Shown: piece by piece, positions 11,436 through 25,439 of the stretch
How the letters are laid out: each line of letters begins with the position of its first letter
Numbering within the stretch: position 1 is the first letter of the stretch
DNA from: Ginglymostoma cirratum
Lineage: Eukaryota
DNA: 64,000 nucleotides
Reading direction: 5' to 3'
Assembly: GCA_024137785.1 (NCBI GenBank)
Contig: JAHRHZ010000032.1
Location: 3,312,795 to 3,376,794 of the forward strand
Made by a program: the position numbers and the translations under genes
The notes under the pieces: generated by a model
What the model saw: only the letters and a program-made list of their open reading frames with translations
What the model was told of the DNA's origin: nothing
Database searches by the model: none

Positions 11436-14400
11436 TATTTTAAAAAAAGCTTCAAAAATTGTCAAAGACTGACATGACCAAATGGTTCCTCCTGTGTTGC
11501 ATTACTGCACGATTCTATTCACGTTTGAAGGGAAACAAAATAGAATAGCATTAGCGAAGAGAATGGTTTTCCACAGATACAGGAATGGATCTTCCTGATA
11601 TCCCTTCCTTGGGTTGGCACGTAAAAATCAGTAAACCGCACCTTCTAAGGCTAGAGTACATGTACATAAAAATAGTTGGGCAGGTTTTTTTTTTGAAACA
11701 AGGTTCTGAAAACCCTGTGCAATCTGAGAAAGGAACCCGAGGTGACCTGCCCAACCAGTGACTCCAATATGGGGATATTCCCTTGGCAACCCTTACCCAA
11801 CCGGGACGAGGCAGACTCGCGGACACCTATCTACAAGTGAAACCGCTCCCCTTTGGGATTATTTGCGTAGACTGCGGTACCTGGGCTCGCACATGGTCTC
11901 TGTCTTGCATCTTCCTCCTGATCAGGTTACCGCGAATTTTGTAATCTCCCCATTTTTCGGCTCTCTTGTTTAAAAACTAAACGGGCTGTAACAATGCCTA
12001 TTTCTGTGTAATGAGCTGCTCTGGGAATCTAGAAAACAAAATGCAGAAATACAGTTCGCTGTGTAACACTGATGACTATGGACCCAACTAAATCAGGTCG
12101 GTCTCAATGTTTAATTCCCAAGTTGAATGTTCTATCGTTTTAAAGCACCCATTTTCTTTTCATTTAGGGTTGGTTATCTGACCTTCACAATTCCTGGCTC
12201 CCGAGAAAATCGTAACATTGAACCTATTTTTCTAATGGGCAGATGCATTGTTTTGTTTTGCTTCGTTCGCATAGCAAAACACACCATTAAACAAATGATT
12301 TAAAATGACCAAAATCAAACACCAGGCTCTGTGGATATTCACACCAGCGTATCAATAATTGCACCTATTGTCTTTTCGAATGCAATTTCTTTGAAGCCCA
12401 TCCAACTCATCCACTGACCGCTTCTGCTCCCTTATATTGCCTTAGACAAAGGGACCGAGAGGCTTTTCACAGTGTAACCAGTATCATCTTTCTGGTTAGA
12501 GCCCTTCTTTCAGATGGAATCATCCCTGATTATTTAATGGGCGCCTTGAAATAATTATTCAATTTTGGAAGAAAAATTGAGCAAACAATTTTTTGTGAGC
12601 AAACAGGCTTTAGTATTGATGAAAAAAAAATCACTTTTGTATCCCTTCCAGTCTTTCTAATAAATAACATACTCATCTAAATGGTTTTGATGTACTTCTG
12701 CCCAGTATTGATTCCTTATGAAAACAGCACGAGATTGAACCAGTTCTGGTGGATTATTCGCTGTCAACACACTGGTGACATGGGAGAACCAGATTGCTGA
12801 TTTAATCGGTTTCAGCTATTACCAAAATCTGCTCACCTTCAGGTTTAACCGAGTCACTGACAAACAAGTAAAAAACCCGCTAATTTAATACTATTATCTT
12901 CTCCTAATGTATGGGCGACCCTGCAATGCTCCAGCTCTCGAACCATCTTAATCTATCTTGCAACAACTCTTAATCTCGAGCCCCGATTTCAACCAAAGGT
13001 TGCACTTGACATTTTTAGGAATTGGTTCTTCAAATCTGAACGGTCAGAGCACAGAGAGCGGGAATTGTGAGCGATAAAAGGCATCTCCAAGGATTGAGGA
13101 CGTTTCTATTATTCTTACTACAGAGAATGCGTGAGAACTCCCTCCCAGACCAGGCACAGGTCTCCAGCACAGCCTTCAGACTTATTCATAGGGAGCGAGA
13201 CAATGTTCTATCTCCCCCGTTTTGCCTAAAGCATTTCCAAGTTTTAGTCTAAAGTTTCAACAATGTCGATTCCCATGCGTTGCATTTAGGGACAAGAAAA
13301 TAAAGGCGTGACTGAATTGTTGCGGGAACACTCGAAACTTAATGACATACTTAACAGACTTTATCTGAAGTTATTAAACTGAATAATTTTTTTTTGAAAA
13401 CTGATTTTTCGGTAAAAGTTTAACAGCATGGTGAAGTCTTCAAGTTGTGTTCAGACAGGGAAATTTTCTGTTATTAAACTGCGTCCCCACTGCAGAGAAT
13501 AACGACTTTCGTATCACATGCCAAAGCCGTTCTTTTTTTTCCAAACATTAGAATAAGCATTTGTTTACTTGCACTGCAAGTCTCTTTACTATTGCTCGTT
13601 AAGTCAGTCAGGGTAGCCAAGGTATTATTGCACACCACTGCAGCAAGTGGGACTTCAACTCAGGTCCCCTAATCCAAAGGTAGGTACGCTACTTCTGCCC
13701 CACAAAAGCCCTAATGCATCACTTGATAACACTGTTGATGGGCCATGAACCAATTTACTGATAATTGGGACCAGGTTGGAGTAAATCCTGGTGGAAGTCT
13801 ACACACGCCACATAGGATCATCCACTCCACAGTTTGGGTTGAAGATACTTTAGCCTAACTTTGTATTGCATTCTGAATCAGGAGTGTTCATTGAAGGCTC
13901 TGCTGTCAGTTAGTTCCCTGGTTGTCCATCAGCATTCTTCAATGGACCTAATCAGGTCAGAGAATTTGGGTCTGATTTGTTTTCCTGTGATTACTTTGTT
14001 GTGTCTATAATTTGATGCAGTTTGGTGTTTAGTGTACGGTTAATCTGATGTAGTATCATCACTTGGCCCAGGTAATATTCTACAAAATATATCGTGCTCT
14101 GCATTGTAGATATTTTCTCATCAACTGTTCATGTTACTAAACACCTCTGGAGCAGGTAGGACTTTAAGTTGAGTCTCCTGGCTCCGTATTGTATATGCTT
14201 TCTTGGGGTGGGCCAACTAGTTTAATGGTGATGAAGACATTTGGAAAATGCTGGGTAATGATATTACTGATTGAGAAGTAATGCTTCAATGTTCCCAAAG
14301 GGGACATTCCATTTAGTGTTGCTAGACCTGCCTTTAATCTGTCTCATTGAAATATTGCATTGGAACAGTATCTCTTTGAATGTATGCATCCAAATTAGAT

Positions 14401-14859
14401 AAACAAGACTTTTGAAATGGTATAATGAAATTACAATTCTCACTTTTCTTTTAGATCTTAATAAATGGTATAAATTCTGTGTGTTTACCTAACCCTTGTC
14501 TAAATTGACCTTGGGCTTGTTGGAAACTCAATTCAGTAATTCTGATAAATTGTCTCCTAGCTTCTCACCAAAGAAGTATGCAATGAAAATTGTTGAATTC
14601 CTTGTTTTTTAAAAATGGTTCACTAATGTCCTTATCAAGAAACCTGCTCTCCAGACATATATCAAACCCTTGGCCCAGACTTTATTATTGTTTTTTCATG
14701 ATCTCAGAGCAAACAAGAACGTACAGTAAGTATTGGGTTTTGATACCATCCAGATTTCAAACTATATTCTAAAATTACTGTGAGCATCATGGAAGTGCAT
14801 CAATATAAATAACCTGAAGAGCTACAAATGCCAAATCAAGAGATATATGTTCTACGACT

Positions 14860-15310
14860 ACAGCAACACAGCCTTTAAAGTAAAATATCTCAAGTCCTAC
14901 ACAGGAGATGGTTCAAGCAAACTTTAATATGAGCCATATAATAAGATATTAGGACAGGTGATAGGGTAATTTTGCAGGTATATTTTAATGGAGAATGGTA
15001 GAGAAGTTTGGGGATGGGAGAGGAGTGGAAATTCCAGAGCTTAGGGCTAAAATTGAATGCATGGGTGACCTAGATTAATATTAGAGATATGCAGAAGATC
15101 AAAATCTCAGAGGGTTGAGGGATAAGGCATGAAATGTTTTGAAAACAAGAATGATAATCTTAAAATTGAGATATTGCTGAACTGACAGCCAGTGTCGACT
15201 TGATAGGTGAATGGGACTTTGTACAGGTTAGATACAGACAGCAGAATTTAGGTTCACTCAGCTGGACATTGGAGGAAGGATGTTGGAGGAAGTTAATGCA
15301 GTCTGCTGTC
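14860..15310 (-). mobile_element. Old L2-type LINE/SINE 3' fragment
   Basis: Degenerate ggaaattccagagcttaggg and tttgaaaacaagaatgataatcttaaaattgag motifs resemble L2 3' ends. Recognised from memory, not aligned. Confidence 0.45.
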
Positions 15311-16624
15311 AAAGTCTGCAGCCGGGTCAAGAAAGCTGTGAAGGGATAGATTATCATGGACACACTTCCGTAAGCTGTCTCATATTATTGTATGAAAACA
15401 TTATAATGTAAACAGAGCCATCTAGCTTGGATGTGGATAATTTGCACATGCTGAGGAAAGTGATGAGAAAGATTAAAAAAAAGGTGGAAATGAACAACAG
15501 CTACCAGATACAGACCACTAACAGGAAAAATTGGAACAGGAACTATATAGACAAGCAAGAACAATGTATATGAGTGAATGCAGTTGTTAGTGTGCCTTCA
15601 ATTTAACAGGGTAGTTTTGGAAATCTATTAAATGTACTATAGATGTAAAACCATAATGTTTGGTACAGTGTTAAACGGTCACATTAACACTTCATTGAGA
15701 AAATCATAATGTTTAGACCTACGCTGCAGTTAAAACCAGGGGCTGGAAATGACAGTCAAGTCAGCAAACTCTTTAAGACAACTGTTTACAACATGGTAAA
15801 TTTAAATCTTTAAATGAGAGAATGGGTGCAACGGAAATATTCCTCTGTCAGATTGATTATTGATTTTTGCTGATAACAATGTCGCATGTTAATAAATTAA
15901 GCAAATTTTGAGAGATCTGGAGATGAGTCAAAGAAACTGGACTGGCTACAGCATTGTTAGAATGAAAGAAGTGTAGATATGTTTTGCAAAACAGAGATTT
16001 TAGAGTTAAATAACTGAGAGAAAAGATCAATTTGAGTAACAACAGTAGTAACAAAGTATGCAAAGAGAAACAGAGAATGATGTTTTGCTTCCCAACTTGT
16101 CTGTTCTAAATGTGGTGGAGGAGCTGAAACAAATACCAAGTAAATGGTTTAAACAGTTTTTGCTGAGTTTTTTTTTTCAGGATTCTGTTGGTTCTTCCAG
16201 CAAAGTCATGGCTTTGTTGCTTTCATTTTGGGATTATTAAGAAACGGATTAATGCCTGAAGACTGGAAAGCAGCTTACACAAAATACAGTTGTAAAATGG
16301 TGTATTGGACCAGTAACATTTTTGTGTTTCCCATTATCTTTTTGCTTTAAGTATTTTTAGATTCATATTTCTGGTGATTCTGTTGATAAGTTGTATCTTC
16401 GTGTCCCATAAAATGTTTTCACCTAGAGAAAATGTTGAGAAACCCTGATTAACAAAGTGGAAAAGCTGTCCTTAAAATACTTAGCTACTTCTTCTCTCCT
16501 GTGGCTTCAAAGGACTCTGCAACTCACCTCACCTTTGAAGAGAAAGGACAAGACTGCAGTAAGAATCTGTCTTTTCCAGACTTTAATTGATAATTACACA
16601 TATTATCTAGTGAATAAGCAATAA

Positions 16625-16975
16625 ATCATAGAATCCCTACAGTGTGGAAACAGGTCATTCAGCCCAATGGGTCCACACTGATCCTCCGAAGAGCATTCCA
16701 CCCAGAGCCATCACCACCACCCATGCCACCACTCCATCCCTGTAACCCTGCATTTCCCATGGCCAACCCCTCCCCCATCCAGCACACCCGTCCCTCCCCC
16801 CCACCACCCCAACCCCAGCCTGCACATCCATGGACACGAGAGGCAATTTAGCATGGCCAATCCACCTAACTTGCACATCTGTGGACCGTGGGAGGAAACC
16901 GGAGCACCCAATGGAAACCCACACAGACTTGGGGAGAATGTGCAAACTCCACACAGACAGTTGCCAAGGTGGAAG
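16625..16975 (-). mobile_element. HE1-like V-SINE (5'-truncated)
   Basis: Minus strand carries the V-domain gtgtggagtttgcacattctcccc...gggtgctccggtttcctcccac and a CR1-derived tail ending ctatgat. Homologous to 60380-60735. Confidence 0.8.
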
Positions 16976-18664
16976 AAATACTGGTACTAGCCCCATATGT
17001 GTTCTCAAAGTATTTGTATAGGTTAGCTAGTTCTTTTTTTGTTGCCAAAAATAATATTTAATTTACAATTATTATGTGAACCTGAGTTACGCATTATATT
17101 TTTACAAAGCAGGTTTCTTCATCAATCACAAAAGCTAGTTGTCCTCAATTACTGTCTTTGAAAACTTTAAATGGCTTCTCTTTAAAGACTTCAGGCAGAC
17201 CAATGTATTTCGAAAAAGCTGATAACTTCTGACTGAAATTTAACAGAAATAAATTGCAGTTCAAAAGTCCAACTCAACAAACTACTCAGAATACTTTTTG
17301 ACTTAAATAATTTGGCCTCTTTCCTGGGCACCTGTCTTTAGATAAAGAACATCTAAATGTTACAAGACATGATTCAAAAATAAGCTGGAAGAGTTTTCCG
17401 TGAGTGAAGTTATTTTTTTTAAATCCAGTATGCACTGACAGAACTAAAACAGGTCATGCCGTGCTAAGTTGTAAATAGATACAATTTGCAAAAAATGAAA
17501 TGCGCAATTTCTGATGCAAAGATGACTCAGGAAACTACAGTCTCATTAGACAAAAATCTGTTGTAGGTAAATAGTGAGAAGGCATTCTCAGTGAGAAGGT
17601 AGCAAAACATATAGATGGTGATGACATGCTGAGTGTGAACATGGATTTATGTGATGTATGTTGTGTATGGATTTATGTGATGTGGCTTCTGCCAAATGTA
17701 ATGGATTTCTTAAAGAAAATTACAACAGAAATTCTGTGAAGCAATATGTTCATGCATATGTTAGGTACTTGTATTAAACAAATGTTTTATTTTATTTATC
17801 TACAGGATGATCTATGTGAAGCACACTCCTATATACTTGGCACATTTCTGAAGGTCTGGAGTGATATTCAGACTAGACTGAGCAAAGATGGCAGATTTCC
17901 ATTCTTCTAGGATTTTTTGCTAGATCTTTCATGATCACTATTACTTACCTAATTTAGTCACCTAATTTGAAATAAACAAATTTATTTTCCACAGCTTAGA
18001 TTTGTTCATTTAGCATGGACAAATGCTTGGCAGTGTTTCTGGGGAATTAATTAAACAATAAACTAATGATTTGTCATGATTAGGACCTATTGAGATGGAT
18101 TGGAATTTGGCAATGTTCAGATAAAGCAAACTGGGATGAGAGAGGGTAGTGTTATTCCGAATAGAGATGTACCAATATGGCAAGGGATCAGTGAAGTGAC
18201 TGCTGCATTTAATGTATGCATATGATTTGAATTTAGGAACATTAGTAAAGGTGTTTGAGTTTGCAAAAGATGCCATGACAGGATGGAGAATAGTGGAAAT
18301 TCAAACAATACAAATTAAGCAGACCAATTATGAAAGGTCTCAGTAGTTTCAAAAACTGAGATGATGATTATAAATTTATAAATTCCAATCATCATTGACA
18401 AAATTCAACAATAATTCTAGGTGCAGGACTTAAGCAATAAATTAAATGGATCTAGGCTATAGGACATAGTGCAGGATTTGACCCAGGAGTCTTGATGAAA
18501 ATGAACTGAAACCAACAGCATAATGCATGAATCTGGATTATTAGATTAAGAAGATTATTTGGATCTTGAAATACATGAGAGAGAGAGATATGACAAAAAT
18601 CCAAGAAGTGACAGTATGTCTGAAAAAAGAACAGTATCTAAACTGTGGCTCATCTAACAGATTT

Positions 18665-19060
18665 GGAGAACTTTGAGTTCAAGTCCCTTCCAAGAATCGA
18701 GCACATAATCAAGGCTAACATTCTTGTGAAAAACTGAAGGAATGTTGCATTGTAATAACTCAATTACTGTCTACCATCTCAGTGCAAATTAAAGATTTAA
18801 TGGAAGTACTGGACATACTTGTGCCCTTTTCAACCCATACACCCTCAATGCTCAATGTCTTAGCTACCAATGTTCCCTTGACCAACACCTAAAAGAAAAT
18901 TATCCGATCATTGTCTTACCATTGCAATTCAGGTCTTGGTGTTCATGAACTGGTTGTTACATTACAACTGTGGCTGCACTTCAAAACTAATTCATTGTCT
19001 ATAAAGCAATCTGGGACTTGTTGAGATCAAGACAGACAGTATATGCAATCTCTTTCTTTT
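18665..19060 (+). mobile_element. Old Deu-domain SINE (SacSINE1/AmnSINE1-like)
   Basis: B-box-like gagttcaagtcc head, then attacaactgtggctgcacttcaaaa...ctgggac. Homologous to 53560-53895. Confidence 0.6.
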
Positions 19061-22000
19061 CAGACACATATAATTCTGGTCAGTGTACTACAGTAGGTAT
19101 ATTTGAGTATTGCAGGTAGTGTGGAAAAGTCAAACAAAATTCACTGAACTAAAACCATATGAGACGTGAAGACAATGAATTGCGCAATATAGGGAAAAAG
19201 TATTAAAAATTAAAAAGGTTGTAAATAAATTGAACTTGATGTTATGTTCATGTTTTCCAAATTAGAACAAGGGACATGTGTTCCTGTTTAGAAACAGGAA
19301 AATGCACTATTTAAAGGCAACTACATGGAAGGTGGCGAATCTATCAAATAAATTGCTCAAGGAACCAATGCGACAAATGTAAAAAAATTAAGAAAGAATT
19401 GGATAAATAAAAGAAGAACTGGAAGATCAATAAGGGTGATGGTTTTAGGGACTAATTGGATGGTTATGCTCTTAAAGAATTGCACTGAAAGTGCAACACT
19501 GTCCCTTGAAAAATATTGCAACCATTATAACAATGCATCTGTAAAATATTATATTAAACCTAGGTACTTATCAAATAACAACACTTCTTTTCCTAAAATA
19601 TTGCACTGAAATTATACTTCTATCACTAAAGTATCAGAGAATTTGCAACACCTTAACAATAATGCACCAAAGCGACAATACTGTGGCATTGTGCAATACA
19701 AATTACAAAACGGTATGTTCCAATGTATTACATGATAAATCACTTAATTACAATACTGCTTCCTCTTAAATGTTACGTGAGCATTGCAACCCTGTCTCTG
19801 TCTGACTATCAACAAGAAATTTCAATTCTACAACAGTTAAAATTTGTAATCTGGAAAAATTCAGTACAGATGTACGATTTGTTCAAAGCTCCTGCAGTAC
19901 CTGTTACTCATATAGCTGGTTCTGCTATGCATCTTTTCAAAGTTAAAGCTGTAACAATGCAATACACAATAGCTGGTACTTCAGCATTAGGATTTACATC
20001 ATGATGTGACTGCACATTTAGAAGCTCACAAATTGATCAAATGGTTTGTGATTTTTTTGTTGATACTTTTTTTTCTCAGTAACTGAAATTTCTATATCCA
20101 AAGTGAAATTTCAATAAAAAGTTGAACAATTAAAAAATGTAAATTTGGCAAAATGAATGACTGAGTTTTCTCTTGTGTCTTCTAATACTTGCTTCATTGC
20201 TTTTATTTAAAGACAGTGCTCTCCTAATAGCTTATGTTTTGACAGATGATTTGACCCATAACAATGACTCACTGAGCTTAATTTGAAATCTGAAATCTGA
20301 ACATATGTATCTAGTTCCCTAAGGGAGAATGAAAGAGACAGACAAAGAGAGAGAGCGCGAGACAGAGATTCTGTTTGAGCTGAGAAGTAACAACGTTCTA
20401 ATTGCATATCTGCTGTTATTTCAATCAACTTTTAGATAATATATGAAGATGAGGGTTAATGGAGTGAGAGGAAATCTTTGGCTCCAAAAATTCCATGGGA
20501 TTCAATCACAACATTGCATCCACTGCTGTCCTTTTCATTTCTGGAACCCACCTCATCCACACAGTGTTTATAAAAATGTCAAACTGAAATGTCAACTCCA
20601 CTTAAATTGCTTAAATACCACACATTGGAACTGAATCTTCAAAAAAATTCTACATCATGCTTAAGAATCTACTTGTTCTGAAACATAGTGTCTAACTTCT
20701 AATATTGTGTCTTTCAGCAAAGCACACTGAAAATTTTGCTCTTATAGAAGATTTTTAATGAAATCACAGTGGTTCTATTCCAATTTAATATCTGAAATTA
20801 CTTAAAAAAACTTCTAGATTAATACACCAAAGAAATAACACAGCCACATTTAAAATGTTGTAGTGACATTGCTTAATCTAAACAGATTGCATTTAAATTC
20901 CAACTGTTCAGCTTCTAATTTATATTACATTTATGATACTGTCCTATACAAAATATTTAACACAAATTATAATACTGCTGCTTTCAACATATTGCAAAGA
21001 AATTAAAAATCTCAACCAAACTATTGAACTCAAAACACCGTGCTGTAACTTGCATAACATTACTAGAATTAAAACATTGCATTTTCGAATGAATTACATT
21101 AGACCTGCATGAGGGTTAATTCTAATTTTCCAGTTTCAGCTCTGATTTTATAGTGACATGACAGAAGTTTAAAAGTATTGCACCCACAATACAACCATTT
21201 CAGCATATTAGATATATTTTACATTCCCACTTTTTCCAGTGTATGATATAAAAATTACAAATCAGCATTTAGTTAAAAAGACACCTTAATTAAAATATAC
21301 ATCGAAAATAGGATACTAAAATTACACTATCTCTTTTTAAATTATTACACTGAAATTGCAATATTTCTATAGTACCACAACCAACATACAGGACAGGAAT
21401 CTCTGAAGTATTATAATGAAAGCACAACAACTTAGTGACAATAGCAACTTTCTTTTTACACGGAAACCGCATGTCTTTTCTGCGGGACTGCATTGAACGG
21501 ACAATTGTCTTTTCGAAAATATTGCATTCAAATAAGAAGTACTTCGTTCAAATTGCAATGCTAGTTTTGACTACATATCTACCGCTTCAAAACTAGTACT
21601 GTGGAAATACAACCACACCTCTTGACCGTTTCCTTTCCGCTAAAATTGCCTCGTCTCCTCTAAAACATCGCGGCCTTTTCTCCACATACAATATATAAGA
21701 TAAAATTGTGCGTGAAATACATAAACGCTTCTACTAAAATACCAACAGAAATGGCCAACTTGTTTCTTTTTTTTAAAAAAATGTATGACACTGAAACGAC
21801 AATGTTTTCTTCTCAAGTGTCCTGTCCTCGCTGTTAACATTACCTCCACTAAACGTAATTCCCCAAATATTCCTCTCAAGACCTTGGACGTGCCATTTCA
21901 AGCTATTAGACAAAAGTGTGATCCAAATATTAGCAACCAATTATAAATCAAAGTCGGCGTCGCTTCCAGACACTACCTGTTCAAGTACTGTAGTCTATGT

Positions 22001-25000
22001 TTTTGAATCACTAAATTTACATTTCAGTAGAATTGATGAATTCAGGGTAATTGTCCTTGCTATGCTGAATGGCGTGGAACAAGACCTACAATAAATCATG
22101 AAATAGAATTTCTGAAATTGACAGAACGAAAGCGTGGAACCAAAATTCCAGTTCTTTCCCCATTGACATAAGAATTAAAAGACGGAATAGAAATATATTT
22201 ACGGAATGCTAAATACCATGGAACCTCGCGCCTTGAATGTACTTGGCTGAAAGCAGGATGCACCTTCTAAAATATTATCGCCTTCCTCCCTGAAATATTC
22301 GGCCGTTTGCAGAACCAAGTCCGTTATCAAGTAATTTTACAAAAGCCTCCCTAGGCTTAGTTTTAAGTTTTCAACTCCTCAGTCCTCCTTTATTAAAAGT
22401 TAGAAGTGTGCCCTAAAGAAGCCGCGAGATGTCAGCTTCCCGTGCACAGTGCTGATCCCAGTAATATATCATCCCGGCAGCTCAGGCACAGCTGCTGCCT
22501 TTTCGCAAATGCTGCAAGGATCCTGAAAGAGAGCGGAGGGTTGGGATCTTGTGCAAAGGCGACAAAGCCGCACTCAACAGAACTCACTGCGTTATTTCAC
22601 CATCATTCCGAACAGGCCAGTGAGTAACGACGGCTGTCATTAATTTTAAACAGTCCTGTACAAACCTGTACGCCGAGTATTTGGAGTGATCAGACACAGC
22701 AAACAGTTCATGAATAGAAACTGGTAATGGGGAATTTCTGATACAACAAGCGGATTGGTCCTAAATAAGGAGTAGTTGAATCAGCTCATGTTCACATCTG
22801 TGTTTCTTTCCGAGAATCTGTTTCTGGGACTTGGCTAGTTTTCCTTTACATCACGTTTGGAGAACTGGCCGAAATCGTTTGATCTAACCACAGTTTCCTC
22901 TTTGTAGTTATTGGCGGGTGGGTAGTGGGGGTGGGGGTGGGGGTGGGTAAACTTGTTAATAAGAAGAATTGGACGGAAGGACATTATATCATCAGTTTTG
23001 TTTTAAGAGAGATTAAAACCTTTTCCGCTATCAGCTATCAGAAAGGTTGTGTGGTTCTCTCTCTATAGTTAATGTTGGGAGAACCGAAATGTAAGCTGTC
23101 AGTGTGGCGTCCGGCTAACAAAACTGGCTTTTTAATTCTAATTCCGAATGAAGATTCTTGTCTTCAATCCCAGCAGTGCCCAAGCGCTGGATTACTCTGC
23201 AGTCGTGACTTCTTACTCGGGGCTTTAGGTGCTGTTTGAGATAACAGCAGTGAGAACCCAACCTGGTGTTAGAGAGTGGGACGATTTGCCTTTCTTCCTA
23301 AAGAGAGGAGTGCTGTACCAATGTTTCATTTGCTTCTATGTTATGTCTTGATTAATTGAAACTAATAGTTCCTGGTTTCTTCCCATCTTTAACCAGCATC
23401 CCAGAGAAACGTTCCAAGCGTTCATCACAATTACAAATAACGGGGTGGCTGGAACCGGTGCTCGCTCAGGCACCTGTCACTTAAATACTCTGCTGACATT
23501 ATCCTACATACACACAAACATGCGCCCCTGCTTCCGCACGGCTTCTTAGTTTCTCCCTGGGAAAGAATGACTGAAGGTTACACTAAGGCTGACGGCAGTA
23601 GCGGGGCTGCAATCCGCAGCTACTGGAAAAAAAGACCGGTTTCTGCCGATTCAATTCACGTTAAACCCCGATCAGACTAGCCAGTGGGAAACGGGAACTT
23701 GTGAAGGTGTCGCATTGACATTGCCTGTGCATGCCTCCACACCAGTTTCCCCCTTGCACCGATGCCTTGCTTGACTTAATTCTTTACATAGTTTTGTTTA
23801 AAGATGCAACCCTACATTTTGGAATATCGGCGCATTTCTAGTCCTTGGGGCTTTTTGTGGACAATTGTGAAACACTCTTGCGGTGACACCGAAAAAGGGA
23901 AAAAGGACCTAGTGTCTGATAAAATTTACTCTGCAGTAAATGAGCGGAGCCGTGGGCACAGCTACATCTTCAACAGTCTCGCAACAACATGAAACATATT
24001 GTCAGGGTTTGTGAGAAGTACAAATTCTCCCAGATAACCGTAAGAATGGTGTATCATCTTTGACAGCTACTAAAACAAATCCTTAACAATAAAACATTCC
24101 ATAGAAACCCGTCTTCAATGGAATGGAATCTTACGGCTAACCGTGCCTATTAATTTCTCAATCAAATGCCAGGTTTTAACTCTATTGAAGTTGATGTGTA
24201 ATTGTGACTTTCGGTTCTGAAAGTGTTGGAATTTGGAGCCGTGTTTTTAAAGTAATCATAACGGAACAGGATCTCTTGCAGTGCTGGGAATCAACTGCGG
24301 GGTGTAGATAGCGGCCTGCTGTGTGTTGGTGAATCATCCCGTTAGCCCGCAGCCCTGAGCTGTCACAGCGTTTACCGCAATCACAGGACGATCGGACTCA
24401 CAACGGGACAACATTGTCCCTCAGCCCTGACTCCGGCCAAACAGCGGATCCGTGTTTCTGCTACAGGCCGGCGGCACAGATGCGCAACTTCAATGAAATG
24501 GGTCGACACCGGGCAAAGTGGCGTGTCGCAGATCTCACATTCCTCACTTAAAAATAACTTAGCGAAATGACAAAAGACTGAACAACAATGTATGAACACT
24601 AAACAGTGGTCTAGTATTATCCCGCACCCGCTCCCCTCGAAATAAACTCGGCCAAACGCCAGCTTGGCCTCTTTTTTTACAAAACTTTTATAAAATAAAA
24701 ACTGGCAACACGTGCACTGCGTGAAATCCTAAAGTTAGATCCGGAAAACGAGTTAAAAGTTCGCGTTTAAAATCAACATGATTAAGTATTGGTTACTTTC
24801 AAAAAAAAGAGAACACAAGCGATTTGGTCCTGCCATCGAGATTAACACGTCGCCTCGAAAACGGGATTTGGATAAAAACTGCACGCGAAAGATTAAACGT
24901 TTCTTTCAACAAAACGAAGCTTCAGATTTTGGGTGTGAGAGAAATGATCTCCCGCCATTCTTTTTTTTTAAGAAAAGAATCTACCGTTTGTGGAGCGAAG

Positions 25001-25075
25001 CTGCAGTCAAAAGGATGTTTTGGGGAAACCCGAGTGTATGCGTGCGTGTGTGTGTGTTTTTTTTTAAGGACTAAC

Positions 25076-25277
25076 CAGAGTTGATCTCCATACACTGGCT
25101 TGAATCCACGTTGTCTGCAAGCTCCGAGTCCGGGTTTATACTGTCCACACTCAGTTCCATTGTCTTCTCGCCCCATTCCTGGATTTTTCTCTTTTTATTT
25201 GTCCCGATCAGCGCTTCCACCGAGAAGGCGTGAGCCCTTGAACTGAGGGCAGCTGCTGATCGCCTCCTTTCACTCAT
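25076..25277 (-). CDS. TBX15: TBX15 first coding exon; remaining exons presumably lie beyond the left edge of the window
   Basis: MSERRRSAAALSSRAHAFSVEALIGTNKKRKIQEW... matches the TBX15 N-terminus, with the eh1/Groucho motif FSVEALI and a basic KKRK NLS-like stretch. Phase-1 donor G|gttagt; 202 nt. It lies downstream of WARS2 in the same orientation, as in other gnathostomes. Confidence 0.94.
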
Positions 25278-25439
25278 CGCCCGAAGAATGGTCCAAGAAC
25301 CAGCAGATACCAAACTTTCCTTCAAACGCACGGAGCCTAGAGGTCGCGGGCCGGCGATAATGTTCGGTGGCGGGTTCCAAATTCAAAAACAAACTGGAAA
25401 GGATTGCCACAAGGTTTGGACTTCAGGCGTACAGTCACA

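Noticed and set aside
1-25075. TBX15 exon 2 / T-box exons
   Set aside because: I found no T-box sequence (e.g. LWKRFHDIGTEMIITKAGR) in the ORF track or by eye; these exons are presumably beyond the left edge.
25278-25331. ORF-track start 18 codons upstream of the TBX15 ATG
   Set aside because: Non-ATG start; homology begins at MSERRRS (25277).
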